From a bacterium (GTDB taxonomy: Bacteria > UBP6 > JAFGXH01): a stretch of DNA of 64,000 nucleotides. A program made the translations under genes and the position numbers. Shown here piece by piece: positions 47,049 to 57,076 of the stretch (its first letter is position 1; every line of letters begins with the position of its first letter). The notes beneath the pieces were generated by a model that was not told where the DNA came from, made no database searches, and worked only from the letters and a program-made list of their open reading frames with translations. The stretch covers positions 2,259-66,258 of the forward strand of contig JAMOQH010000141.1 of assembly GCA_027064085.1 (NCBI GenBank). The letters are read 5' to 3'.

Positions 47049-48453
47049 ACTGATTATTTTTGACATTTCTTTCAGTTTCTGAAAGAAATGATTTTAACTT
47101 AAAAACATCTTTATTCACATCAATATATATGTAGTTCCTTAATCCTTCTTTTAAGATATATGGTGTTTTAATACTAAAAACAGGAGCCCAAGTACCACTA
47201 TCAATAAAAATAGTATCCTTGTCTATGGGGAATGACCTAGGTTGATGGGAATGACCAAAAATAACAGCTTTAGTATCTATTATTCTAGCTATTTTTTTAG
47301 CATAATTAGGTATTTTTTCCTCTATTGTAAAAATAGTTTCTCCTTTGGTAATCATTTCATAGATAAAAAATAGTAAAGGAAATGCAGAAAGAGGCACCAT
47401 TAACTTTATCCACAAAGGAATAGGAACCAAAGCCAATGCAATAGTACCTCCTGTGAGTAAAAAAAATAGAAATACTCTGTCAAGCCATAATTCTTTTATC
47501 ATTCTAAATGTTCTATATGTAATAGGTAATTGTCTTAAATCACTAAGACTATCTATTTCTTTCATTGTTAGATCTAATCTTTTAGCTTCCTGTTTTAATA
47601 AATTATCATATCCATCAGGAGCTTTGTTTTGTTTTTTCTTAATGGAAAATATTTTAAACATCACTAAAATACTTCCCCAAATCCAATTAAACATTAAAGA
47701 TCTTTTTGTAAAAGCATATTTAGTAAGCCAATGTTTAAAATATGCAAAACCACTTAGTATATAATCTGAAGCATGAGGATTAAAATACCCCATCGATGTC
47801 ATTAAGTACCTGTTTGATAAATTTCCCATAGGTAAAGCAATTTCTTCAACTCCTTTATTTATTATGGTTGGTTTAAGAGGATATTTAAAAGAGGTATAAT
47901 AATCATATTGGTTTCCATGTTCTATATAAATTTCTCCTTTCTTATAATAAAACCATGTATAAAAGTTAATTTGTTCTTTTGATATATTAAAACCATTTTT
48001 TTTAGCTAATTCTGTTAAATACTCTATAAAAAATACCTGTAATTTATTAAAGTATAATTCTCTATCATGATTTCCTATAACATATACAAGCTTATTACCT
48101 TTTGCAATAAATTCAGCAACTAATTTAAAAAAATCTTCTTGGTCATATAAGATTTTTTTTAATTTCCATAAACTTTTTTCTTCATTTGGATATAAACCTC
48201 GTTTTTTTTCATTATTAGAAATTTTAAAATCAGGAATTTTAGGATAGGCAACAACTAAATCAAAATCAATAATATCTCCATTAAAAACTAGTGTTAAATT
48301 TTCTTGATTATTATTTTCTAATAGTTTTTTAAAGGATTTAGAAATAGAATATAATTCATTTTTATATAGTTTCCAACCATCTGAATTATTTTCTATATCA
48401 GTTAAATGTAAGTCTGATACAATTAAATATTTACCATTCATATATCTCCTCAT
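47047..48453 (-). CDS. Membrane-associated metallophosphoesterase (calcineurin-like)
   Basis: LIVSDLHLTD, FNGDIIDFD, VIGNHDRE, IFGHSHQP. TM segments between the two halves. Confidence 0.75.
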   Translation of the reverse strand: MRRYMNGKYLIVSDLHLTDIENNSDGWKLYKNELYSISKSFKKLLENNNQENLTLVFNGDIIDFDLVVAYPKIPDFKISNNEKKRGLYPNEEKSLWKLKKILYDQEDFFKLVAEFIAKGNKLVYVIGNHDRELYFNKLQVFFIEYLTELAKKNGFNISKEQINFYTWFYYKKGEIYIEHGNQYDYYTSFKYPLKPTIINKGVEEIALPMGNLSNRYLMTSMGYFNPHASDYILSGFAYFKHWLTKYAFTKRSLMFNWIWGSILVMFKIFSIKKKQNKAPDGYDNLLKQEAKRLDLTMKEIDSLSDLRQLPITYRTFRMIKELWLDRVFLFFLLTGGTIALALVPIPLWIKLMVPLSAFPLLFFIYEMITKGETIFTIEEKIPNYAKKIARIIDTKAVIFGHSHQPRSFPIDKDTIFIDSGTWAPVFSIKTPYILKEGLRNYIYIDVNKDVFKLKSFLSETERNVKNNQ

Positions 48454-48583
48454 AATGAAAAGCCTAGAATAGAAATTTATTTATTTATATTTTTTTGTCA
48501 AGTTTTATTTTTTTACTTAACTAAAATTTATACTAGACTAAATTTACAATAGGATATATAATGCATAGTTGTTTTAAGGAGTT

Positions 48584-50572
48584 ATGGAAAATAAAAAGGT
48601 ATTAATTAATAAATATGAAATTATTAAAGAACTTGGTCGTGGTGGAATGGCAATTGTTTATTTAGCCGTAGATAAACAATTAAAAAGAGAAGTTGCTGTA
48701 AAAATGTTGCATCCACACATGAATGAAAGTGAACACATTATCAGGTTTGAAAGAGAAGCTGTTGTGCTTGCTACTTTATCCCATACAAATATTGTTAATA
48801 TCTATGAATTTTTTGAATTTGAGGGAAACTATTATATTATTTATGAATATGTAAATGGAGAAACTCTAGGAAACTTTCTCGAATATCACAGAATAAGATA
48901 TCCTATTATTTCTCTAATGATAGCATATGAAATAATTGAAGCTATTGAATATATACATAAAAACGGAGTTATTCATAGGGATATAAAACCTGATAATATA
49001 ATGATTTCCAGAAATGGTACTGTTAAGGTAATGGATTTTGGTATAGCAAAAGTTTTATCAAATACAACCGTTACAGATGCTGGTTCTCTACTTGGATCTC
49101 CAGCATATATGTCACCAGAACAAGTTATGGGAGAAGAAATTACATTTAAATCTGATATATTTTCTATTGGTGTATTAATTTATAAATTAATAACGAATGT
49201 ATCTCCATTTGCATCTTCTTCAACTGCATCAACATTAAAAAATGTTTTAAATTCCAGCTATCCAAGAATTTCCCATCCTTTGGTTGATAAGGGAATGGAA
49301 AGGATTATTGAGTTTTGCCTAAATAAGGACCCCAAAAAGAGAATTAATGATTTAACTGCTTTAAAACTAATTATAAAAGAAAAAATTGCTAACGAAGGAA
49401 AAGAACCTCCCTTCAAGGAAGAACTATCAGTTTTTTTTAAAAATCCCGATGTTTATCAAATAAACTTAAAACAAAATTTACTTGAACATTATAAAAAATA
49501 TTCATATCAGCTATATAAACAAAAAAATATATTAAAATCTCTTAATTACTGTGGTAAAGCTCTTGAACTAGCTCCCAAAGATCCACAGTTAAGAGTTTTA
49601 AGTAATAAATTAAAGATTTTTAATAATGGAAAACGATTAAGAATAATTATTTCATTTTTTATAATACTGACACTAATGTTAATACTATTTTTTAATATTA
49701 TATTTATTAAACAAAGTAAAATTTCCTACCAATATAAATTAAATACATTTGACTATACCTATTTATCATTAATTTCTAAAAATAAATTTCTAAATAAATT
49801 TTTAGATTATGATAATTCATATTTACAACAAATAATAAATAACCCAAAAAACATAATAGAAATAAATACTAAGTTTAATGATAAAAAGATTAAAGTAAAT
49901 ACCAAAGATAAATTAATAAATTATTCTTCTATAAACAAGAATAAAAATAAAAGGGTAAACCCTATTTCTATAAATAACACTAAAAATAAAATGCTAACAT
50001 CTACGGCGATAAACAAAAATAAGAATAAATCATTAATAATAAAGAAAGTTGCAATTACTCCTAAGAAAATAAAATATGGGGAATTACAATATTGCTTTAG
50101 ACCTTATGCCAAAGTTATCATTGACGATAAGATATACTCTAATAGTTGTATTACAAACAAAATTAAAATTCCTTATGGAAAACATAAAATTATTGCAAAA
50201 TACCCCTACTCAAATGATTACAAAGGAATTATTACTATAGATGATAAACATAAAAATACAAAAATAAGATATAATTTTAATCATAATAGTAAAATTTATT
50301 TAAATTTAAAATCAGTTGCCTCAATTATAGTTTCATTAAAAAATGAATATGGTAAATATATAAACATAAATACATTAAATGGTAAAAGAGTCTTGTTTAA
50401 AAATAGGAAACTAAGAGAAGTTAAATATTTTTTTGTTAAACCAGGAAGATATTATATGGATATAACAAATGGAGACTTATACTATAATAATTTATTGTTA
50501 GATATTACTCAAAAAAGGAATTATATAATAAATATGGATTTAGAAAATGATAAAAATATTAAAATACAGTAG
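48584..50572 (+). CDS. Hanks-type Ser/Thr protein kinase with a TM segment and Lys/Asn-rich extracytoplasmic region
   Basis: LGRGGMAIVYLA, VAVKML, HRDIKPDNIM, DFGIAK, GSPAYMSPEQ. TM segment IIISFFIILTLMLILFFNIIFI. Confidence 0.9.
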   Translation: MENKKVLINKYEIIKELGRGGMAIVYLAVDKQLKREVAVKMLHPHMNESEHIIRFEREAVVLATLSHTNIVNIYEFFEFEGNYYIIYEYVNGETLGNFLEYHRIRYPIISLMIAYEIIEAIEYIHKNGVIHRDIKPDNIMISRNGTVKVMDFGIAKVLSNTTVTDAGSLLGSPAYMSPEQVMGEEITFKSDIFSIGVLIYKLITNVSPFASSSTASTLKNVLNSSYPRISHPLVDKGMERIIEFCLNKDPKKRINDLTALKLIIKEKIANEGKEPPFKEELSVFFKNPDVYQINLKQNLLEHYKKYSYQLYKQKNILKSLNYCGKALELAPKDPQLRVLSNKLKIFNNGKRLRIIISFFIILTLMLILFFNIIFIKQSKISYQYKLNTFDYTYLSLISKNKFLNKFLDYDNSYLQQIINNPKNIIEINTKFNDKKIKVNTKDKLINYSSINKNKNKRVNPISINNTKNKMLTSTAINKNKNKSLIIKKVAITPKKIKYGELQYCFRPYAKVIIDDKIYSNSCITNKIKIPYGKHKIIAKYPYSNDYKGIITIDDKHKNTKIRYNFNHNSKIYLNLKSVASIIVSLKNEYGKYININTLNGKRVLFKNRKLREVKYFFVKPGRYYMDITNGDLYYNNLLLDITQKRNYIINMDLENDKNIKIQ

Positions 50573-51506
50573 TTTATTAATCGTATTCTTTTTTACAGGC
50601 TGTTTATTCACAGAACCTATAAATGAGAAAGTAAATTCTAATTTTAGTTATTCTGGAGATTTTTTAGTGAATACCCCGGTATCTTTACAATATAAAGATA
50701 TAGATGAAAAAACTTCTGACATGGTTTTAACATGGCAAATTGAAGAAGTTCCTCCTTATTCTGTTATGGAAGAAAATTCTTTTTTACCAAGTAATGATAT
50801 AAATAGAAGAGTTTTTATACCTGATATACCTGGTATCTACACTGTTTCCTTAAGTGTAGAGGATAAATATCATGCTAAAAGTATAACTAGAAAAACAATA
50901 CAAATAAAAAATAATTTACCTATTGCGGTAATAAAATCATTAAATAATAATAATTTTATTACTGATAAAGAAATATTTTTTGATGCTTCAGATTCTTATG
51001 ATATAGATTATAATAAAATCACTTCTTTTAGTTGGAGTATTATATCAGCACCTAAAGGTAGTAATGTATTATATGAAACATCTAATGATGAAGATTTTAG
51101 TATAAAACCTGATATATATGGCGATTATACTATCAAGCTAGTAATTAAAGATATAAATGAAGATGAAAACTATACAACATATTCATTTCATGTTTACAAG
51201 GCTACAAATCCTAAGATATTAAAAACCTCTCCTGATAGTAGCATTGCTTTAATTCCAATAAAAGAAACTTTATCACAAGAAATATATGCTATAGTAACTG
51301 ATGACATAACAGCTAGTTCAAAATTAAATTATTTTTGGAGCATATCAATAAATAATGAGGATTTTTTTAATATATCAAATACTAATAGGCTAGTTTTAAA
51401 TGGAAATCTTTATGGAATAGGAGATTTAATTTTAATAAAGCTTAGAGTGGTAAATTCAGCTAATAATTATGCAGAAGTGTTATGGAGGTTTGTAATAATA
51501 GAATGA
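50547..51506 (+). CDS. Lipoprotein with PKD-like Ig-fold repeats
   Basis: Lipobox FFFTGC. P.A......FFDASDSYDIDYNKITSFSWSII matches the PKD pattern. Confidence 0.5.
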   Translation: MIKILKYSSLLIVFFFTGCLFTEPINEKVNSNFSYSGDFLVNTPVSLQYKDIDEKTSDMVLTWQIEEVPPYSVMEENSFLPSNDINRRVFIPDIPGIYTVSLSVEDKYHAKSITRKTIQIKNNLPIAVIKSLNNNNFITDKEIFFDASDSYDIDYNKITSFSWSIISAPKGSNVLYETSNDEDFSIKPDIYGDYTIKLVIKDINEDENYTTYSFHVYKATNPKILKTSPDSSIALIPIKETLSQEIYAIVTDDITASSKLNYFWSISINNEDFFNISNTNRLVLNGNLYGIGDLILIKLRVVNSANNYAEVLWRFVIIE

Positions 51507-52951
51507 AAATTATTTTAGGCTTATTGATACTATTAATGTCAGTAAATATAAGTAGTAATAACTTTATAAAGCTAAATGAAGCTGTTGATATTAATGTTTG
51601 TAAAAATTATCCAACAAATAAATTATATAAATGGAAATTTACTGAAAAACCTATAAGCTCTACTTTAAAAGATAATGATATAAACAGAAATAATTGCTTT
51701 ATATTTTTTACACCTGATAAAAAGGGACACTATCAAATCAAATTAGAAGTAGATAAATTTAATGAATTATTTAATTTTGAAGTACTTGAATCATTAGAAA
51801 AAACAACAATTGATATTTCTTATTATACTAAGAATAATTATTATTATAATTCATTAGAATACTATAAGTATTATGATAACAATGATATTACTTTTGAAAT
51901 TAATAAAAAAATAGAAAAATTTAATTTTAATATTAAAGGAATTGCATTAATTAAAGATTTAGGAACTAATAAAACTTTTATAATAAATACCAATAAAAGT
52001 AATTATTTAAAATTTGGTCAATTATATAAAATAACCTTTTTCCCCGATAATTATCAAAAAAAAGAAATAATAATTAACACTAAAGATTTTGATAATAATA
52101 TTGATTTAATCCCTTTAACAACAAAACTAAATTTAGAAATAATAAATTCTGAAAATAAAAAGATTATAGGAACAACATCAATCTACTACAACGAAGTAAC
52201 TGTTAGTAAATTTTTATCTTATAATATATTTATAAATGATCCAAATCAGATATTATTTTCACCAATAAAAACAATAAATAACTATCCATCCATTATCTAT
52301 AACTATAATAGCAATATTCATAATTTAAAATATGATAATATAGAGTTTCATAAACTTAAAATACATTTAGAAAATATACAAGAACCTGAATTTATAACAA
52401 TAAAAATTAAATCCTTGTTATTGGATAAATGTTTAATAAATAATTTAAATGCTCAATGTATATATCAGAGAGCATTTATTTTAAATAAAAACAAAGAAAT
52501 TCTATTACCATCGGGAAAGTATGAAATAACTGTTTACAAAAAAGGCTTTAAGAATATAGTTAAAACAATTGATTTTAATAATGATTCTGACTTTACAATA
52601 AATAATTTTTTGGAAAATAATATGGTAAAAGTTAGCTTCCCAGAAAATGTAATATCCATATCCCTTAGCGATAAAGAAAATAATAATTACCATTTTAAAA
52701 TTGATGACACTATAAAAGAATTATATATCCCAATTGGGATATATAATGTTTCATTATTTACTTATAATGGAATATTTAATATTAAATTACTAGAAATTAA
52801 TGATGACACTAAAATAGAATATAATTGGAGAAAAATAAATATAAATATAAAAGAAAATAGTAAAATAATATATGGAGGGATTATTCTTATTGAAAATAAA
52901 AACTATATCTTCAATAACGGAAATTTGCATGAATTTTATATTAACAAATAA
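51503..52951 (+). CDS. Secreted hypothetical protein
   Basis: I prefer the ATG at 51503 (MKIILGLLILLMSVNISS), which overlaps the upstream TGA; the track ORF starts at 51482. Confidence 0.5.
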   Translation: MKIILGLLILLMSVNISSNNFIKLNEAVDINVCKNYPTNKLYKWKFTEKPISSTLKDNDINRNNCFIFFTPDKKGHYQIKLEVDKFNELFNFEVLESLEKTTIDISYYTKNNYYYNSLEYYKYYDNNDITFEINKKIEKFNFNIKGIALIKDLGTNKTFIINTNKSNYLKFGQLYKITFFPDNYQKKEIIINTKDFDNNIDLIPLTTKLNLEIINSENKKIIGTTSIYYNEVTVSKFLSYNIFINDPNQILFSPIKTINNYPSIIYNYNSNIHNLKYDNIEFHKLKIHLENIQEPEFITIKIKSLLLDKCLINNLNAQCIYQRAFILNKNKEILLPSGKYEITVYKKGFKNIVKTIDFNNDSDFTINNFLENNMVKVSFPENVISISLSDKENNNYHFKIDDTIKELYIPIGIYNVSLFTYNGIFNIKLLEINDDTKIEYNWRKININIKENSKIIYGGIILIENKNYIFNNGNLHEFYINK

Positions 52952-52972
52952 AAATAACTTAATGGAGAAAAT

Positions 52973-53716
52973 ATGACAGCTAAAGAAATATTTGATATTT
53001 TATCTAAAGAAGTTGGTATCATACCCGAAAAAGAAGAAGATGCACAAGAATGGTTTAAAAATGCTTACAAACAAGGAAATGAAACCGTTCAAAAAGCTCT
53101 TCTTGAATTATTAACTTACGATGTTATTAGGCCAATAAATGACGATGAAAAGATTATGTGGCTTTTTAGAACTGTTTTTCATGGAAAGCAAGAAAGCAAG
53201 AAAGAACTAAGAAGAATGTATTACGAAGGACACGGAGAAGAGACAACTAAAAAAGAAATAGTAGATTTTCTTAATAAAGAAGCCACAAATAATGACTTAG
53301 AATCAATAATATTTATGGGACATATTCATCATGGTGGTTTTGGTGTTGAAAAAAATATAGATATTGCTCATCACTGGTATCATAAAGCTGCAAAAAAAGG
53401 AGATGCCGGAGCCCAAATAGCTGTTGCAGATTATCATTTTAACAAAAAAGAATACAATGATGCCTATAATTGGTATCATAAAGCCGCAGAGCAAAATAAA
53501 AGAACTGCATACATAAGACTTAGCATGATGTATAAACTAGGGCTTGGAACAGAAGTAAATCATGAAAAATCATATTTTTACAGAAATAAAATAAAAGAAG
53601 AACTAAACCTAAAAAGAAAGCAAGAAGCTAAAAGGAAACCTATAGCTTATCCTAGTACAAAAAGTAAAATAAGAACTTATAAACCAAAATCTAAGAAAAA
53701 ACATGAAAAAAGGTAA
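52973..53716 (+). CDS. Sel1-like repeat (SLR/TPR-family) protein
   Basis: GFGVEKNIDIAHHWYHKAAKKGDAGAQ... and AYNWYHKAAEQN...MMYKLGLGTEVNHEKSYFY repeats. Basic tail. Confidence 0.8.
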   Translation: MTAKEIFDILSKEVGIIPEKEEDAQEWFKNAYKQGNETVQKALLELLTYDVIRPINDDEKIMWLFRTVFHGKQESKKELRRMYYEGHGEETTKKEIVDFLNKEATNNDLESIIFMGHIHHGGFGVEKNIDIAHHWYHKAAKKGDAGAQIAVADYHFNKKEYNDAYNWYHKAAEQNKRTAYIRLSMMYKLGLGTEVNHEKSYFYRNKIKEELNLKRKQEAKRKPIAYPSTKSKIRTYKPKSKKKHEKR

Positions 53717-55259
53717 TATCTTCTTAAAAGTAATAATTGGATTTTCAATTATCATTATTATATTTATTTTTTCAACTCTTTATATAAATATTGAATTAAA
53801 ATATGTAAATAAAAAACTTACTCTTTTAAATAAAGGTTATGTTTTATTTATAAGAAATTTATCTAAAATTCAAATCACTTTAAATAATGATAAAAAAATA
53901 CTAGAAAAAATTATGAAAGATGAAAAAATAAAAAAGAATTTTAAATTATTTATTCTAAATAGATATAAAAACCACCCTATTGATAAAATTTTTACAAAAT
54001 CATTATTTGAAATTAATAGCTTATTGAAAAATAATTCATTCTATGATGGTAAAAAATTTTATAATTTTGCTAAAATAGAGTTAAATATCTTAAAAGGATA
54101 TTATTCTGAAAATGTTAGTGCTTGTAGCAAGTATATTAATAACAAGGCAGATAAAAAGGATTGTCAAAATTCAATAAATAGGCTTATTGTTCGTATCAGA
54201 TATTTAAATACGGTTACAGATAAAAAATTATCAGAACTATCTTTAAATATAGAAGATATTTTAGAAAAAATAACTATTTATAACTTTATATTTATTGGAC
54301 TTTCTGCAATTATCATTATTATTATTTTAATTTTTTTAATTATGCTGATTGCTCCAATTAAAAATCTCATAAATGCCATTTCATTTATAAAAAAAGGAGA
54401 TTACTCACATAGAGTAGAAATGAAAAGTAGTGGAGAAATTGGTGTTTTAGTTGATTCATTTAATGATATGATTTCAACTTTACAACAAAGAGACGAGCAA
54501 ATTAAAGCCCAACAAAAATCACTTGAAGAGCATCATAAAAATGAAATAAAAATTAAAAATAAACTCCTTGAAGTAGAAAGATTGGCAGCAATTGGAAAAA
54601 TATCTGCACAAATTGCTCATGAAATAAGAAATCCGTTAAATTCAATAAATTTAAATACAGATATAATTGGAGATGAAATATTTGACGAAAACTTTAATCC
54701 TGATGAAATAAAACCATTATTTGACCATATTAAAATAGAAATAGAAAGATTAAATAATATAACTGAAAAGTATTTAAGATTAGCAAAAGAGCCTGATTTA
54801 AACCTAGAGGCAAATGATATAGTAAAGCTTTTAAATGATGTAATTGAATTAATGGAAATTGAATTTACAAATAAAGAAGTTTTAATAATTAAAGACTTTA
54901 AAGTTGGATCATATATTTTAAATTTTGATAAGAATATAGTAAAATCAGTATTTATTAATATACTAAAAAATGCACTTGAAGCAAGCTCTAAAAATGGAAA
55001 AGTAACTGTTTTTATCGATAAAACAAATAAAAATGGTGTTGAATATATAAAAATTTCAATTAAAGATACAGGAATAGGTATTTCTGACAAAGATAAGGAA
55101 AATATTTTTAATCCATTTTTTACAACAAAGAAATATGGGACAGGTATAGGCTTGTTTACTGTAAAAGAAGGTGTTTTAAGTCATAACGGAGAAATCAAAT
55201 TTAATTCTAAATTTAGTAAAGGTACAGAATTTGTAATTTATTTACCTTTTACATCATGA
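53703..55259 (+). CDS. Sensor histidine kinase (two TM segments, HAMP, HisKA, HATPase_c)
   Basis: H-box ISAQIAHEIRNPLNSI, N-box NILKNALEAS, G-boxes KDTGIGIS...NPFFTTKKYGTGIGL. No response regulator is adjacent. Confidence 0.9.
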   Translation: MKKGNIFLKVIIGFSIIIIIFIFSTLYINIELKYVNKKLTLLNKGYVLFIRNLSKIQITLNNDKKILEKIMKDEKIKKNFKLFILNRYKNHPIDKIFTKSLFEINSLLKNNSFYDGKKFYNFAKIELNILKGYYSENVSACSKYINNKADKKDCQNSINRLIVRIRYLNTVTDKKLSELSLNIEDILEKITIYNFIFIGLSAIIIIIILIFLIMLIAPIKNLINAISFIKKGDYSHRVEMKSSGEIGVLVDSFNDMISTLQQRDEQIKAQQKSLEEHHKNEIKIKNKLLEVERLAAIGKISAQIAHEIRNPLNSINLNTDIIGDEIFDENFNPDEIKPLFDHIKIEIERLNNITEKYLRLAKEPDLNLEANDIVKLLNDVIELMEIEFTNKEVLIIKDFKVGSYILNFDKNIVKSVFINILKNALEASSKNGKVTVFIDKTNKNGVEYIKISIKDTGIGISDKDKENIFNPFFTTKKYGTGIGLFTVKEGVLSHNGEIKFNSKFSKGTEFVIYLPFTS

Positions 55260-55377
55260 TACCCACCCCATGAAGCTAAGCAACTAGCTTCTAACCCCCC
55301 CCCAAGAGGGGAATTTATTTACTTTTATCATTTGAGATTTTATCATTTATTTTCCATTTACCTTTTACATCATGATA
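55240..55377. repeat. 22-bp perfect direct repeats (55240-55261 and 55356-55377) flanking a 94-bp comparatively GC-rich hairpin-bearing insert
   Basis: atttaccttttacatcatgata occurs twice, and the first copy contains the kinase stop codon. The insert has GAAGCTA-agcaac-TAGCTTC and C9-aaga-GGGG. Confidence 0.8.
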
Positions 55378-55418
55378 AAAATATGTTATAAAAAAATGTT
55401 CTTTTTTTAGGAGTTCTT

Positions 55419-56942
55419 ATGGTCGTTTTAAGTAGTAAAAATATGACATTTAATGAATTTATTAATGTAGCTATTAATAAAGAAAAGCTTAGTTTATCTC
55501 AAGAATTAAAGGAGAAAATTAAAAAAGCAAGAGATTTAGTTGAAGAATTAGATAAGGGAGATACTCCTATTTATGGAATAAATACTGGTTTTGGATTTTT
55601 GGCTGGAAAAAAGATAGATAAATCGCAAATAGAACAGTTACAATTTAATTTAATTCGTTCTCATTGCACTGCAGTTGGAGAACCTTATAGTGAAGAAGTC
55701 ACCCGTGGAATAATGCTTCTTAGGGCAAGAGTCATGAGTCAAGGATATTCGGGTATAAGAGCAGAAGTAATAGAATTTCTAATCGATTTATTAAATAAAA
55801 ATATTCTTCCTGTTATACCCTCTCAAGGTAGTGTTGGAGCAAGTGGAGATTTAGCTCCATTAGCACACTTAGCTATTACTTTGTTGGGAGAAGGAGAAGT
55901 TTTTTATAATGGTAAAATTGAAAAAACTAGCAATGTTTTTAAAAAGGAAAATCTTACTCCTATTAAGTTGCATTCAAAAGAAGGGCTTGTTTTAATAAAT
56001 GGAACTCAGGCAATGACAGCAAATGGCCTTATTCAGTTATACAGGGCAAAAAATATTTTAAAATCCTCAGATATCATTGTTTCTATTAGTTTAGATGCCT
56101 TAAAAGGTACAGTAAAAGCATTTGACGAAAAGATTTCTCTTATTAGGCCACATAAAGGGCAAATAGATACTGCAAAAAATGTTAGAAATATGCTTAAAGG
56201 AAGCGAGATATTAGTTTCACACGATGGCTGCGGAAAAGTTCAAGATGCATATTCTTTAAGATGTGTTCCACAAGTGCACGGCTCTATCAAAGATGTAATT
56301 AATTATGTTGAAAAAACTCTATTTACAGAAATGAATTCTGTTACAGATAATCCTCTTGTTTTTCCAAATGAAAAAGAAATTATATCAGGGGGTAATTTTC
56401 ATGGAGAACCTATAGCATTTGCTATGGATTTTTTAGGTATTGCAATTAGTGAAATTGCATCTATTTCAGAAAGAAGAATTGAACAAATGGTTAATCCAAA
56501 TTCTAATGATCATTTACCAGCATTTTTAATAAAAGATGAGGGACTTAACTCAGGTTTTATGATTGCTCATGTTACAGCAGCATCGTTAACATCAGAAAAC
56601 AAAATATATGCCCATCCAAGCTCTGTTGATTCTATACCAACTTCAGCAAATAAGGAAGACCATGTTTCTATGGGAACTATAGGCTCAAATAAAGCTGCAA
56701 AAATAATAGATAATGTAGAAAAAGTTATTGCGATTGAATATATGGTTGCATCTCAAGCTTTAGACTTTAGAAAGCCTTTAAAATCTAGTATTGCAGTAGA
56801 AAAGGCTGTTTCTATTTTAAGAGAAAATGTTCCATTTTTAACAAAAGATGAGTACTTAAAACCATATATAGAAACTGCTATTGATATAGTTAGTAGTGGT
56901 AAATTAGTAAAAGAAATTAGTAAAATTATAGATTTAAGCTAG
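55419..56942 (+). CDS. hutH: Histidine ammonia-lyase
   Basis: GSVGASGDLAPLAHL (Ala-Ser-Gly MIO precursor), QDAYSLRC, NFHGEPIA. 507 aa. Confidence 0.9.
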   Translation: MVVLSSKNMTFNEFINVAINKEKLSLSQELKEKIKKARDLVEELDKGDTPIYGINTGFGFLAGKKIDKSQIEQLQFNLIRSHCTAVGEPYSEEVTRGIMLLRARVMSQGYSGIRAEVIEFLIDLLNKNILPVIPSQGSVGASGDLAPLAHLAITLLGEGEVFYNGKIEKTSNVFKKENLTPIKLHSKEGLVLINGTQAMTANGLIQLYRAKNILKSSDIIVSISLDALKGTVKAFDEKISLIRPHKGQIDTAKNVRNMLKGSEILVSHDGCGKVQDAYSLRCVPQVHGSIKDVINYVEKTLFTEMNSVTDNPLVFPNEKEIISGGNFHGEPIAFAMDFLGIAISEIASISERRIEQMVNPNSNDHLPAFLIKDEGLNSGFMIAHVTAASLTSENKIYAHPSSVDSIPTSANKEDHVSMGTIGSNKAAKIIDNVEKVIAIEYMVASQALDFRKPLKSSIAVEKAVSILRENVPFLTKDEYLKPYIETAIDIVSSGKLVKEISKIIDLS

Positions 56943-57076
56943 TTTACTCCATTTGATTCTATATTGTATTTATCATAATATTTATTTATTTATTTTAGAA
57001 AGTCTCCATAAAGTGCAGTTTCAATTTCAAAATCCCTAAGATTTCCCACATACTCTTTCTCGTAATGCCTCTTACA

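Noticed and set aside
54617-55090. 157-aa antisense ORF inside the histidine kinase gene
   Set aside because: It is the shadow of the HATPase-encoding region. Its composition is Ser/Ile/Phe-rich and low-complexity.
56996-57076. 26 sense codons in frame after the TAA stop of the last operon gene (possible readthrough extension)
   Set aside because: By a rough estimate, an open run of this length has about a 10 percent chance in DNA this AT-rich. There is no recoding signal, and the region overlaps the convergent hutH terminator zone.
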